A DNA stretch of 63,916 nt, counting the filler, from Dicyema japonicum (lineage: Eukaryota; Animalia; Dicyemida): NCBI GenBank assembly GCA_011109175.1. It is 10 parts of 10 records of this genome, joined end to end, with 100 filler letters (N's around TTAATTAATTAA, not from the genome) between each part and the next. Parts side by side here need not be neighbours in the genome. Positions count along the whole stretch, not along the records: positions 1 to 11,146 come from RDEW01000119.1; 9 more parts are not named here. One strand, written 5' to 3'. Under the pieces are notes generated by a model. It made no database searches. It saw only the letters and a program-made list of their open reading frames with translations, and was not told the DNA's origin. Below are positions 1-11,246 of the stretch, in pieces. Both the position numbers and the translations under genes were made by a program. Position 1 is the stretch's first letter. Each line of letters begins with the position of its first letter.

Positions 1-3000
1 CACATAGGCTATTTGGAGCAATTTTGTCAGAGATTGGTCCTCAGAAATGACTCAATCGAATATTTTATCCGTCCACTGTTAGAGCAGAACACCCGATTGT
101 GGACAGAAGCTAGAACGACATTCCATAAAATACTATTTTTGGCCATCAGACTCAACACTCCCAACAAATTGGAGTTTGCTCGACTATATACTGAGGTTAC
201 GTAATAACTCAGAGATTTCTAGTTATATCCAAAGATTTTTAAATGTTATATAATTGAGGAAGGAGAGGAGGAGAACTCGATTATCCACGAGACTGTCCAG
301 TTCTATACAGTGCCTTCTGTTGTCAAAACTCTTATTGTGGAGACTGAGTTGTTGCACATGTTATTTCAAACTGCTATCGATAATGTTCGATCTCTGACAT
401 CCAGTATACATGTTCTATATTTTTCCGCCATAGATAATTACATAATGGAGCCTGACGGTTTTTACGACGACGAGTTGCGTAGTGTATTTCCATTAAAAAC
501 GAACAGAATTTTGTATTCTATCAAACCAATCAAGTTGTTGTGCATAAAATTAGTCCGAGTTATGTTCTTAGAGTATTAAATGACAAAAATAACTTTGGGG
601 ATGTTTTTAAGAGAAAAATATTGAATGCTTTCCATGAATTTCTGGATTTGGTCACTATTTTCCAGGTTTTTGTAATCGGAAGACATTTCAGCACATCAAC
701 GCGGTAAAGTGGAATACGAGGGAATTTGTAATTAGAGAGCATTCGTGGAGAGAGGCCTTCATAATGAACTTCAACCTTTATGGGATGTTTGATCGCTTTT
801 TAACCATTCTGCAAAATAATGTGTGGATTGATGTGTGATTTTTTAAGAGAGGCCTTCATAATGAACTTCAACCTTTATGGGATGTTTGATCGCTTTTTAA
901 CCATTCTGCAAAATAATGTGTGGATTGGTGTGTGATTTTTTAAGACTGAAACTCTGGTTGATGCTTTCTACATACTCAAAGTGCGAATGGAGGCTTATTT
1001 GACCAGCCAGCCATTCTTTTGTCGAAGTATGGTGACGGAATATTGTAAAATAAAATTTGTCATACTAGTTGCTGGAAATCACGTGCATGTCTTGGATTAT
1101 ACAAACTGTGATGACGATTTTTCATTTCATACTTCTCTTACTAATATGTTGCCCCTCTTTGTGCTCAGCCTTCAAGCGATTGACCGAAACTTCGAAATTT
1201 TTGGAGATTGTGAAGTTTGTTATCCTTGGGAGTTGTGATAGAATTCACAAATGTTGACTCCAATGTTGGCGATGGAGCCATCCCTTCAGTCAATTCTTCT
1301 GTATTTGGAAACCATGGATGGCCAGTGGAAAATGACCGGACTGTCAATAACTTATCAAGTTAGTAAGTACGACACAAACATAGGCCCAACACTACTACAT
1401 TCATCCTCTGTCTCGGAATATGGGTAACCTGGACATTTTGATGTTACAACTCTGTGATTCGTCAACTCCACCTGACGATTTCCTCAGAATCCTGCTTGTC
1501 AAGTTAAACGTGGATCGTTTTTTGAGGTTTCTTTTCAAATTAATATCAGTCCTAATCAAACTGACTTTCATGAGACATCTTCATCAGGGGACCAACAGAG
1601 AGTGGAATATGCCTCCAATTTTATGCAGATTATAATCAGAATGATATGTATATTTGTGTTTTGAGTGTCGAGTGGAGAGATATGTCATTGGTTTGGCAGA
1701 AGTGACAGAAAATGACGTAATGAAATATGAATTGATCAATGCCCTTGCTGCCAATATATCCAAATACAGTCAGATCTTCGAACACTTTCAGGTTTAGTTG
1801 TTCTATTTGTTATGTCAAAGACTGCAAAAAACATGAAAGAACGTGATTTGGAAGATGTTCTCCACCAGGTGGCCAATGTGTGGTGATTTCTCGTTTTTGA
1901 GTGTTTTCAGTACGAAAGAGAAGCCGCATCAGTACTACGAACTGAAAGACGAGTGCTGGGACATGTACAACCCACATTGTTACAATTTGAATTCGATGGA
2001 GAGAAATATTGTAGACAGCATATTTTGTACCAATAGGCTCACGACCGATGTCTCAAAATTGGTAAAAGCATAGGAGCCACATTTGGTTAAGTCACTATCT
2101 TTATAAATAGGGTCCTTCTTTCCAGCAAAGGTGCCTAAATTTAGGGGATATTTTAAAAACGTTTCTGGGATTCTAACAAGCAATGTGTTGATGACAATGT
2201 TACAACAGGAAATATCACTATTGGGGACATCCATTGCTGCTGAATCACTTTTAGAATCAGTAAATTGGCGATTATTTTATATTAGTTGTTGTACCTCGTT
2301 GGAGTTAGCCTGATTGACAAACAGTGTTCTCCAAATGTGTCTTTTTTGACATCCATTCTCAGTCCAGCCGGGCATTATTTTGAAAATTTCCACGAAGAAG
2401 TGTCGGGGCTCTATTCTTATATTATGAATGTTGGTTACTCGTCTAATGCGCAGGAATTAAAGAGAATAACAGGGGCGGACACATCCAGCAGTATGAACAC
2501 TAAAAAGTCGAACTTTGATAACAAAATTCTAAATAAAAAACGGAAATTCGATAAATTAAGAGATCGGGAAATGGATTTGATGAAGAATAGGCGGAAAAAA
2601 GCGATTAAACTCATGAAGGAAATGCTTGTGGAAGGGTTCTCTCCCATTTCTGATATCAACAGAGAAGGGGAGGTCGAGGCAGAGGAAATCACGGCAGAAT
2701 ACACGGGTGATGAACGAATATGTATCCTCTGCAAAAACATTTGTCAGCCAACCATAATATCGACAGAAATATATATAGTCCTGCCAGTTTTTATACAAAA
2801 GTTATTTTTTACCGATACTGACTTGTCCGCTCAGATCCAGAGTCCTTCATCAGCGTCCGGGGGATACTTCGAATGAAAATAGGGATTATATGCCTTGGGA
2901 TTTACCTATGGGAGTATTTGTCTCCACATGCGGGCATGTACTACACGTTGACTGTTTTAAACGTTATCAAAATTTGAACGAAAACGCACATGTGGACAAT

Positions 3001-5123
3001 CCATACTACATTTGCCCACTTTGTAGTCGACCTGGACTTGCTACAATTCCAATACTTCCGTCCTTTGTTTCGACACCCTCGTTGGGGTATGAGTCGTGGT
3101 GAGGGATGGTAGATTCCACTACAACGTGGAATTGGAGTTTTCCGATTGGTTGGCTAATCTGGTCAAGTCGATGAGGTCTTCTCTCAGAAAATACTTTGAT
3201 GACTCGAAGGACCCTGAAGGTTGTTGGGTGAATGTGTATTTGAATCATTGTTTGATATATTTGACCCATGTCCTATCACCACAGCCACCATGCAAATGGC
3301 CAAAAGTGTAAGTCGTAATTTTCAGACATTCTACAACTACGTCGCCAGTGCAGCCGGGGCCACAATATCAACTGAGATTGTGGAGAANCCCTGAAGGTTG
3401 TTGGGTGAATGTGTATTTGAAGCATTGTTTGATATATTTGACCCATGTCCTATCACCACAGCCACCAAGCAAATGGCCAAAAGTGTAAGTCGTAATTTTC
3501 AGACATTCTACAACTACGTCGCCAGTGCAGCCGGGGCCACAATATTAACTGAGATTGTGGAGAATATTAAAAGTTTTTTCCACAGTGTTACTCGGGTTAA
3601 CTAAATACATTCAATTGTGTAGTTATTTGGCGATTCCGATGAGTCTCTCTTTATTATTCCTTCGTACAGCTGGCAAACTATAGCTTATACTATCCGTTCA
3701 TTCGGTAGCGGAAAGATTGTTTAATCGGCAGAGAATTTGATGACATTTGATGGAAATTCATTGGCGAATAGTGCAGAGTTGTACTGGAGGGACTATGACT
3801 GTATCAGTGTCACCATGAAGGCACACAGTGCTCTCCTCACTGTCATTCCAGAAGAATTTGTTGAGAAATATTCGGTCAAATTCCTTGCATGTATTTCTTC
3901 AAGTTATTCATAGTTTTATTGGCACATGGCGATTTTACTGAGCACAAAACGACATCAATACTGGATGTGGATGCCTTCCATTTCCTAGTGAGTGTTGTCT
4001 TGTCTGTTTCTGCCGTGTCGTCCTTTGATGTTAATCTTGCCAATCATGTTTTCCAATTTATTTACATATTCCACTTGATTCAGCTGTTCCTCACTAGCCG
4101 TAATTTGTTTAAAATAAATTCAAAGGTCCGGTCGAAATTAGTGAAGCTGATTCCTCAGATGAGACTTGTTTTCATCAAATTATGGGAGTTATTGGGTCTT
4201 CATTGGGGTTAGTGAGCACTCTCATGCTAGTCTCACGTATAAACGGTCTTTCGACGTGCAAAAGTTTGAGGAATATTTGAGTGAGGCATCCTTCAGTTTT
4301 GTGAGGTGTTCCATTATATTCTTTACGTTACTTGGAGATAAACCTCCTTCGTTATTCAAATCTGGTTTATAGTCGACTACTAATTTAAGCGAATTTGTTT
4401 ACGACTGTGGACATGATGAATTACTGCCTGGGTTCGTCGTATGTCTCAATTATGGAGTTTTTGGAATCTTGTCTTTCTACTGTACTTAGACTGACTAGAA
4501 GGTGTCTTGTTAATATTTTTTCATTTTTCCAGTGGGTGTCGCCCACATATTTTGGCTCAGCAAATGCCTTCTCTATCATGTCCCCGATATCCCTTATCTA
4601 TTCGTACATTAGTGCCTCTGCAGCATTCGTTTGCTGATCTATATCACACTTGCTACCAGAAAAGGTTTGATTGAGTTTACTTATAATTTGATGTCTTCAC
4701 GATGATTTTTTGAACACAAAAAGGGTGTTTTTACCTGGAATATGTTTGACATGTGGGGAGTACACCTGTCTCTCTTGCAATCAGGCATCCACTTCGGTAG
4801 CAAATCACTCGGCCGGTTGCTTTTGCTATGATTATCTTATAATATTTGAGTTTGTGTACAGTGGCTAATGTCGTATAGTGTTCAAAATTGTGTCATCATT
4901 CTTGCTGGGAATAAAAAACGGAACTTTGTTGAACACTCCTTATATTTGGATAAGTATGGGGAAGATGATATTGGACTATCGTATTTTTATTAGTATTAAG
5001 TATTTTAGGCATAAAAATGTTCTCACCTTTTCCACTTACCTCCATATTAAATTCACTCGTTTTTGGTTAAGTCATTCAATCGTCACAGATTTCGCTCATT
5101 GGAAATCTAATCTAACAACGTAG
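1..5123 (+). CDS. UBR1: E3 ubiquitin ligase UBR1/UBR2 (N-recognin), 5'-partial, many tiny introns
   Basis: Spliced reading gives SIIHETVQFYTVPSVVKTLI (intron 196-222), a RING-H2 (CILC ... TCGHVLHVDC ... CPLC, ~2720-3030) and a Cys/His-rich C-terminal UBR domain (CLTCGEYTCLSC...H..RC); stop at 5123. Frame-breaking duplications at ~750-943 and ~3212-3570 look like assembly errors. Confidence 0.85.
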
Positions 5124-5487
5124 AATTCTTATTTTTCTTTAAAATTTTCTTTAAGAGTTATTTTGTCTTATCATTTTAAACCCATATGCACTAGATTAGC
5201 AAATGGATTTTTTAAAGAAAAACAAATTCAATCCATCCATTAATTTATCTCATCTTAAATTAATTAACGATTTCTTTTAAATCTTCACCATGTTTAGACA
5301 ATTTTATTAAAAATTCTATAAACGACGTCTTTATATAGTTTAATTTTTTTCTAAGCAAGATATCGAGCCCGTGAGCTATGTTTATTTTTGTCAGATCAAA
5401 TTTATTTTTGTCAGATTAAAGAAAACACATTTGGCCACTTTAATTTTTTTCTAAGCAAGATATCGAGCCCGTGAGCTATGTTTATTT

Positions 5488-6215
5488 TTGTCAGATCAAA
5501 TTTATTTTTGTCAGATTAAAAAAAACACATTTGGCCACTATCAAGGAATTCCTATGCAGAAAGTACCAATTGGCAACTCCGGAAAGCCTAAACTGAACGT
5601 TTTGAAGGATGTGCAACCTTTTGAAGGACTGAGAAAATATGTTTTTATCCATCAATGTCCTCATCCGAAGGCCAGAAAAAAACGCCTTTGCGTGGTGATA
5701 TCCAATATCCTGTAAAGCTAAAAGCATTTTACACAAACTCGAATTTCATCGAAAGCATTGAACTGAAGAGTCGAAATTTCTGAACTGGTGGACTAATATA
5801 ATGCATATATTCTGCATTCCTAATCGCGTCCATCCTGTCAGAAGAAGAAATAAACGTCAGTCTACATTGGATCTCATGCATAGAAGGGATCTTGGATAAA
5901 ACCCTGAATGTTGACTAACCAGCGCTGAAGAACGGCCGAGTGGATTCAATTTAGACCAAAGAATCCACCACCCAGACAAATGTTCTCCATATTTTTCAAA
6001 ATCAGTGTCCACTCTTCTTGAAACGTCAACAGCAAACACAGTTTGAGCTCCGAAAGATCTCATAACGTCAACTTTAGTAAAAAAATCAACTCAAACCTGG
6101 CAAAAGATTAACATACCCACCGTCCAATATAAATGGGAATCGACGGGATCACAAAGTGGAGGTAAATAACCCGAGAGAGTCATACTCGTAAGAATCACAC
6201 TATTGGAGAAAAATT
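5488..6215 (-). CDS. PNPLA6: Patatin-like phospholipase PNPLA6/7 (neuropathy target esterase) C-terminal exons; frameshifted or cut off upstream by a transposon
   Basis: SMTLSGYLPPLCDPVDSH..DGGYVNLLP, DVMRSFGAQTVFAVDV, YGEHLSGWWILWSKLNP and MHEIQCR match the NTE C-terminus; apparent frameshifts near 6130 and 5790. Confidence 0.85.
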
Positions 6216-6239
6216 GATATTACCCGCCTGCAAAATAAA

Positions 6240-6775
6240 ATTTACTTTGTTTTACGTTTCGAAAATAAAGAATGGTTACTAAGGTAATTCTGAATAGTTT
6301 TTTTCATAATATTTTTATAGGTTGGCGTATTTGACGAATATTTTCTAACATAAAAATTCTTTAAATAAGTCTTTAAAGGAAATTTCGAGAATATGTTAAC
6401 CTCAACTGATAAAATCCTTGGATTTAAAGATAAACTTTTGTCAATTGAAGATGACCTCACGGTATGTTTGCCGCAAATTCCTCTCCGTCTAGAAATTTTG
6501 TGTACATTAATAATTTGAGAGTACTTCCCGCAGAAACCATATATGGAGCAGCATCGGTAATAAGGAGAGAAAAATTGTTTCTTTCAACATTAATTTTCCG
6601 AATAGTGTCATCAATAATTTGACTGATGATAGAAGAATTCGGAGAGGAATCAATTTTTATACAATCTATCAGGTAAGATTTTTGTGGATTTCCCAACGTT
6701 CCAACTAGACAATTAACAAATTTGTTTCCCCCAACATCAGTTTCGTCAACAATTAAATTATTAACACTAACTTTC
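6240..6775 (-). mobile_element. Decayed hAT-like (CGGBP1/DUF659-type) transposase fragment
   Basis: DETDVGGNKFVNCLVGTL..., LLITDAAPYMVSAG and SSSIDKSLSLNPRILSVE segments are typical of DUF659/hAT RNase H-fold transposases. Confidence 0.7.
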
Positions 6776-7674
6776 GATGGGAACTCAATCTCAAGGAATC
6801 TTCCCGGTGGTTATCGCATGGGAACAACTCTCCAAAGTCGGAAGGAATGCTGTGTATGGTTCAGGACCGCAACTTATTCTTTGAAGACGGAGGTAGTAGT
6901 TGCAACCATTGCAACGCCGCCAGAAAGACTGTGGATCATCTTGCTACAAGATGTGGTAGAATGTTGAACAGCGATTACCTGCGTCGCCACAATGAGGTGG
7001 TAAGGTGCATTCACTTGCACATCTGCCGACAATATGGGATAAAACAGTCCAGGAAGTTGAAGACCCACTCCGTTCAGTCGACTGTCTCTAATGAGGTGGT
7101 CGAAATACGAGTGGACACGACGATCAAGACGGATACTAAAGTCAATAATAATAAACCGGACATTTTTGTCTACGACAAGGTTCGGAACATCATTACGCTC
7201 ATCGAAGTTGGGATTACTTCTTAACAATTTTTAAAACATGTGGAAGTCGAGAAATTACATAAATACGATCTTTTGGCAAGCAAATTGAAGTTAATCCACA
7301 ATGCAAAAGTGAACGTCGTACCACTGGTTTTCACATGGGATGGAATAGTATCCAAATTTTTCTCCCTAAAAGTCGAAGATTCGACTCGTGCCTATGTCCA
7401 GACGATCGTGATTAAAAAGACATTAGAGAGCATGCGTCCAGAACACAAACTCTCAGCTACGGCGGCGAATTACATAAAAAGTATTGCGATGGATGTTGGG
7501 GCAATCAATGAGCGACTGAATGGAGAAAGTAGCCACCACGAGACATCAGTGGAACCTGTCGAGCACACGGACGTTGCCCATGAGTCTGGCAGAAGGAGGC
7601 GGATCGGCAGAAGCTGGAATCAATATTTTCAGAAGGAAGCTGGAAGAAAGCTGGAATCAATATTTTCTGGATAA
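6775..7674 (+). mobile_element. 5'-truncated REL-endonuclease non-LTR retrotransposon (R4/NeSL-like), 3' region
   Basis: CCHC knuckle (CNHC..TVDHLATRC), RRHNEV, KPDIFVYD..LIEVGITS and EKLHKY are PD-(D/E)xK REL motifs; in-frame stop at 7224. Confidence 0.85.
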
Positions 7675-7814
7675 AAATATTTCTCCACTTTGATTAATTT
7701 AGTCATAAATTTTTTTTATACGTTGTATTTTCGTCAATTTTTTTTAATATTGCTAATGAAAATTTTATTCAGTAATTTGTCCTCAAGTATCATTTTTTCA
7801 TATCTATACCATTT

Positions 7815-8190
7815 TCAGTTCAATTCTGACATTTTTTATATCTATTTTGACTATGCGATATTCAATTTTGACATTTTTTATATCAATTTTAACAATGCTA
7901 CATTCAATTTTGACAATGCGATAAGCAATATTGACATTTTTTGCATCAATTTTAACAATGCGATAAGCAATATTGACATTTTTTGCATCAATTTTAACAA
8001 TCCGATATTCAATTTTGACATTTTTTATATCAATTTTAACAATGCTACATTCAATTTTGACAATGCGATAAGCAATATTGGCATTTTTTGCATCAATTTT
8101 AACAATGCGATAAGCAATATTGACATTTTTTACATCAATTTTAACAATGCGATATTCAATTTTGACATTTTTATATCAATTTTGACAAAT
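7815..8190. repeat. 21-bp minisatellite with a 147-bp (7x21) higher-order duplication
   Basis: Units such as TCAATTTTGACATTTTTTATA and TCAATTTTAACAATGCGATAT; 7861-8007 recurs at 8008-8154. Confidence 0.9.
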
Positions 8191-8287
8191 ATTTTTACAG
8201 TGAACAAAAATAAAGACTGAACATGCTTTTTCTCATAAATTTACAATGGGACAATATTAAAAATATGTCTCAAATTTAGATAATAAA

Positions 8288-9843
8288 TGTCACCGGCCGT
8301 AGGATGGACGGCGCCGTTCGTTGGACACTTCAAAAAAATCAATAAATCTTAAAATCTATTAATTTTCCAACCTTAATTTTTTCTAAGTCCCATTTCTAGC
8401 CATTGTTAACAGATTTCCGTTTAAAATTCCAGATTTCTTTCTTCCCAAAAACCAACTACAACTAATTTTATATTGATTATTGGAAAAACGTTTGTGTCTA
8501 TTTTCATTTTGGTTTACCAATATAAAATTAATATAATTTTAATAATTACTTTTTCAAATAATTATATGTATTTTTCAAGTAGTAAGTCCAACCTAAACCA
8601 ATTGGCCCACGGCCGGATTTTTTTGGAATCCAACTATTCCCCTATGCGGCCTTCGGCCGCGGTGTGTAGTTTTTAAAGTCCAACCTAAACCAATTGGCCT
8701 ACGGCCGGATTTTTTTTGGAATCCAACTATTCCCCTATGCGGCCTTCGCCGCGGTGTGTAGTTTTTAAAGTCCAACCTAAACCAATTGGCCTACGGCCGG
8801 ATTTTTTTTGGTTATTTAAGTTGAAAAACTTTTTATACAATTTTTAAAATTTTATTAACCAANTATGCGACCTTCGGCCGCGGTGTGTAGTTTTTAAAGT
8901 CCAACCTAAACCAATTGGCCTACGGCCGGATTTTTTTTGGAATCCAACTATTCCCCTATGCGACCTTCGGCCGCGGTGTGTAGTTTTTAAAGTCCAACCT
9001 AAACCAATTGGCCTACGGCCGGATTTTTTTGGAATCCAACTTTTCCCCTATGCGACCTTCGGCCGCGGTGTGTAGTTTTTAAAGTCCAACCTATAATAGG
9101 AGTAATAGTTGGTTTAGTGGCCATCAAACGCATCGCCTATATTGCTCATAAATATTAAACCTGGCAAACTTCACACCGGCTTACAACAGTAAGGACCTCT
9201 TTTCTCGTAATCGGATAAATTTCTTCACAGAGTTTNGGTTCATAAGCTATAATAGGAGTAATAGTTGGTTTAGTGGCCATCAAACGCATCGCCTATATTG
9301 CTCATAAATATTAAACCTGGCAAACTTCACACCGGCTTACAACAGTAAGGACCTCTTTTCTCGTAATCGGATAAATTTCTTCACAGAGTTTGGAATAAAG
9401 CCTATCACGACCAAAATGGTTTAAATTGTGTTCAGCCTACAAAATTTGATTTTATATTTACCTAAATTGTTTTCATCTTAAATTCATTTTGTTCGATAGT
9501 GAAGAATCTTAGTTTTTTACCATTTTTAAAAATGAAAAGCACAGATTGCTCATAAATAAAATTTTTTGAGAGAGAACGTATTTTAAAACGTTCTTTCCTC
9601 TGTGTTTCATCTTCTACCAAGCCAGTTTCAATATAATTATTTAATTTTTCAACAAAGGATTGCAATAGATACAACAAAACCATTCTCACGCGTTTCTTAA
9701 TTTAAACAAAAATTAAGAATATTTAATAAATTATTTAAATAATTTTGATTTTTTAATGGAGATTATTATTGTAAAAATATTTTTAATTAAAAATATTGCT
9801 TAGTGTCCACTCAACGGCGCCGTCCAGCCTACGGCCGGTGACA
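8288..9843 (-). mobile_element. Ginger-type DNA transposon, internally deleted, with ~42-bp TGT...ACA TIRs
   Basis: Left TGTCACCGGCCGTAGGATGGACGGCGCCGTT is the inverted match of the right end finishing CCTACGGCCGGTGACA at 9843. The minus strand encodes an integrase H2C2 zinc domain (HNLNHFGRDRLY...RCEVCQ...KPTITPII). Confidence 0.85.
8583..9092. repeat. ~87-bp tandem array (about 5-6 units) inside the Ginger element
   Basis: Unit AAGTCCAACCTAAACCAATTGGCCTACGGCCGG...CTTCGGCCGCGGTGTGTAGTTTTTA repeated. Confidence 0.95.
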
Positions 9844-9991
9844 AAAAATAATTATTATCTAGGACAAATCGATCAAGGATGAAAAAAGGGGAAAAAACCG
9901 ATCGAGGCACACGTACGGCATAGGCACACTGCTGGACCGTGACATAATATATCAAAGAAAGTTTTATTTTTTTAATTGATAATTTTATTAA

Positions 9992-10529
9992 TCAAGTTAA
10001 TGGAATCCCAAGCGTACAATTTGCATTGATTTTTTCAACATTCCTGTAAAAATGTCGTATTTTCTCTCGCGTTAGATGTGGTATAGAATAGTCCAAAGCA
10101 TTTTGTAATAATTGTGCTCGAAATTCGGTCAGGGTTCCATTTCCTGCTGCATTAACATCATTATGGGGATTGTTGTGATTAGATAAATACGTCTTTATCC
10201 CAGCCTTAAGAATGGAAAAACAGCCTTTGCATGGATTAAGTTGAGGAGAATATAATGCATCAAATCTCCGTATAGTATGTTCTACTGGTAGGTCTTCAAA
10301 ATTTGTTTGTTTTTTATGGATTGGAGCATTATCCATATAAATAATAATGTCCTCTCCAGCTAAACTATCGGATAATGCCATAATAAAATTGATAAATTTC
10401 GATTTTATAGATCCAACAATGTGTGATTCAATTCTCACAATTGTTCCATTGTCATCAATTGCTAAAATGACGTTGAGATTCACTCCTTTGCTTGCCCTTA
10501 CTGGAACTATTGCACGTGATCCTATATTG
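9992..10529 (-). mobile_element. IS630/Tc1-like DDE transposase, C-terminal half
   Basis: IIYMDNAPIH and YSPQLNP(C/IE) motifs; cut off at 10530 by a hAT end. Confidence 0.8.
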
Positions 10530-11146
10530 CAGGGGTTCTCAACCTTTTTTTACTCGTCGACCCCTTGATTTTTTTTTCGACCCCCTTAAAACTTTTTTAT
10601 ATAAAACAGACAACTATAAGTAAAATTAGTTAACTAACTATCTAAAATGAATTCATTGTTAATAATCAAACAAAAAAACTCGATGTTAAGTTAGTATCTG
10701 AGCATAAATCTATAATAAAAAACAATTAAATACCAATGGGACCCCTGTGACTGATGTTTTTTGACCAAAGATTCGATATCTGGCTCTATTTGTGTTATTT
10801 TCAAACGAATATCTTCTCTAATGGACACATCCAATCTGTTTCGTTCTTTATTTACTATTCGATGTAGAATGCTAAATCCACATTCAACACAGTATGATGT
10901 CGGAAAATAGAGTAGCAATTGTGCTATTTCGTTCCACAATTTTGGATAAGTCTCTTTCACTTTCATATTTTGCCAAAAAATAACTAACGTTTGTGAATCA
11001 TTATAATATAGTTTTAATTCTGGATTGAATTTTAACATTATTAATTCTTCTTGAATATTATCTTTTTCTTCTTCTGGCTTTGACAAAAAAGGATTAATCA
11101 TCCAAGATAGAATTTCTAATTCAAGAATATCTTGGAATCGGAGAAT
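10530..11146 (-). mobile_element. hAT Buster/Charlie (ZBED8-like) transposon 3' end with TIR
   Basis: TIR CAGGGGTTCTCAACC at 10530; FPTSYCVECGFS...KERNRLDV...IEPDI...HQSQGSH dimerisation tail. Confidence 0.85.
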
Positions 11147-11246
11147 NNNNNNNNNNNNNNNNNNNNNNNNNNNNNNNNNNNNNNNNNNNNTTAATTAATT
11201 AANNNNNNNNNNNNNNNNNNNNNNNNNNNNNNNNNNNNNNNNNNNN
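11147..11246. other. 100-bp scaffold gap with artificial TTAATTAATTAA linker (also ~13369, 17642, 19913, 28059, 39218, 47535, 57930, 60089)
   Basis: Identical N44-TTAATTAATTAA-N44 pattern at nine sites. Confidence 0.95.

Noticed and set aside
8583-9092. Possible CRISPR array
   Set aside because: Units repeat in full with no unique spacers; eukaryotic context; no cas genes.
11147-11246. TTAATTAATTAA motif recurring nine times
   Set aside because: Always centred in a 100-bp N gap; an artificial all-frame-stop scaffold linker.
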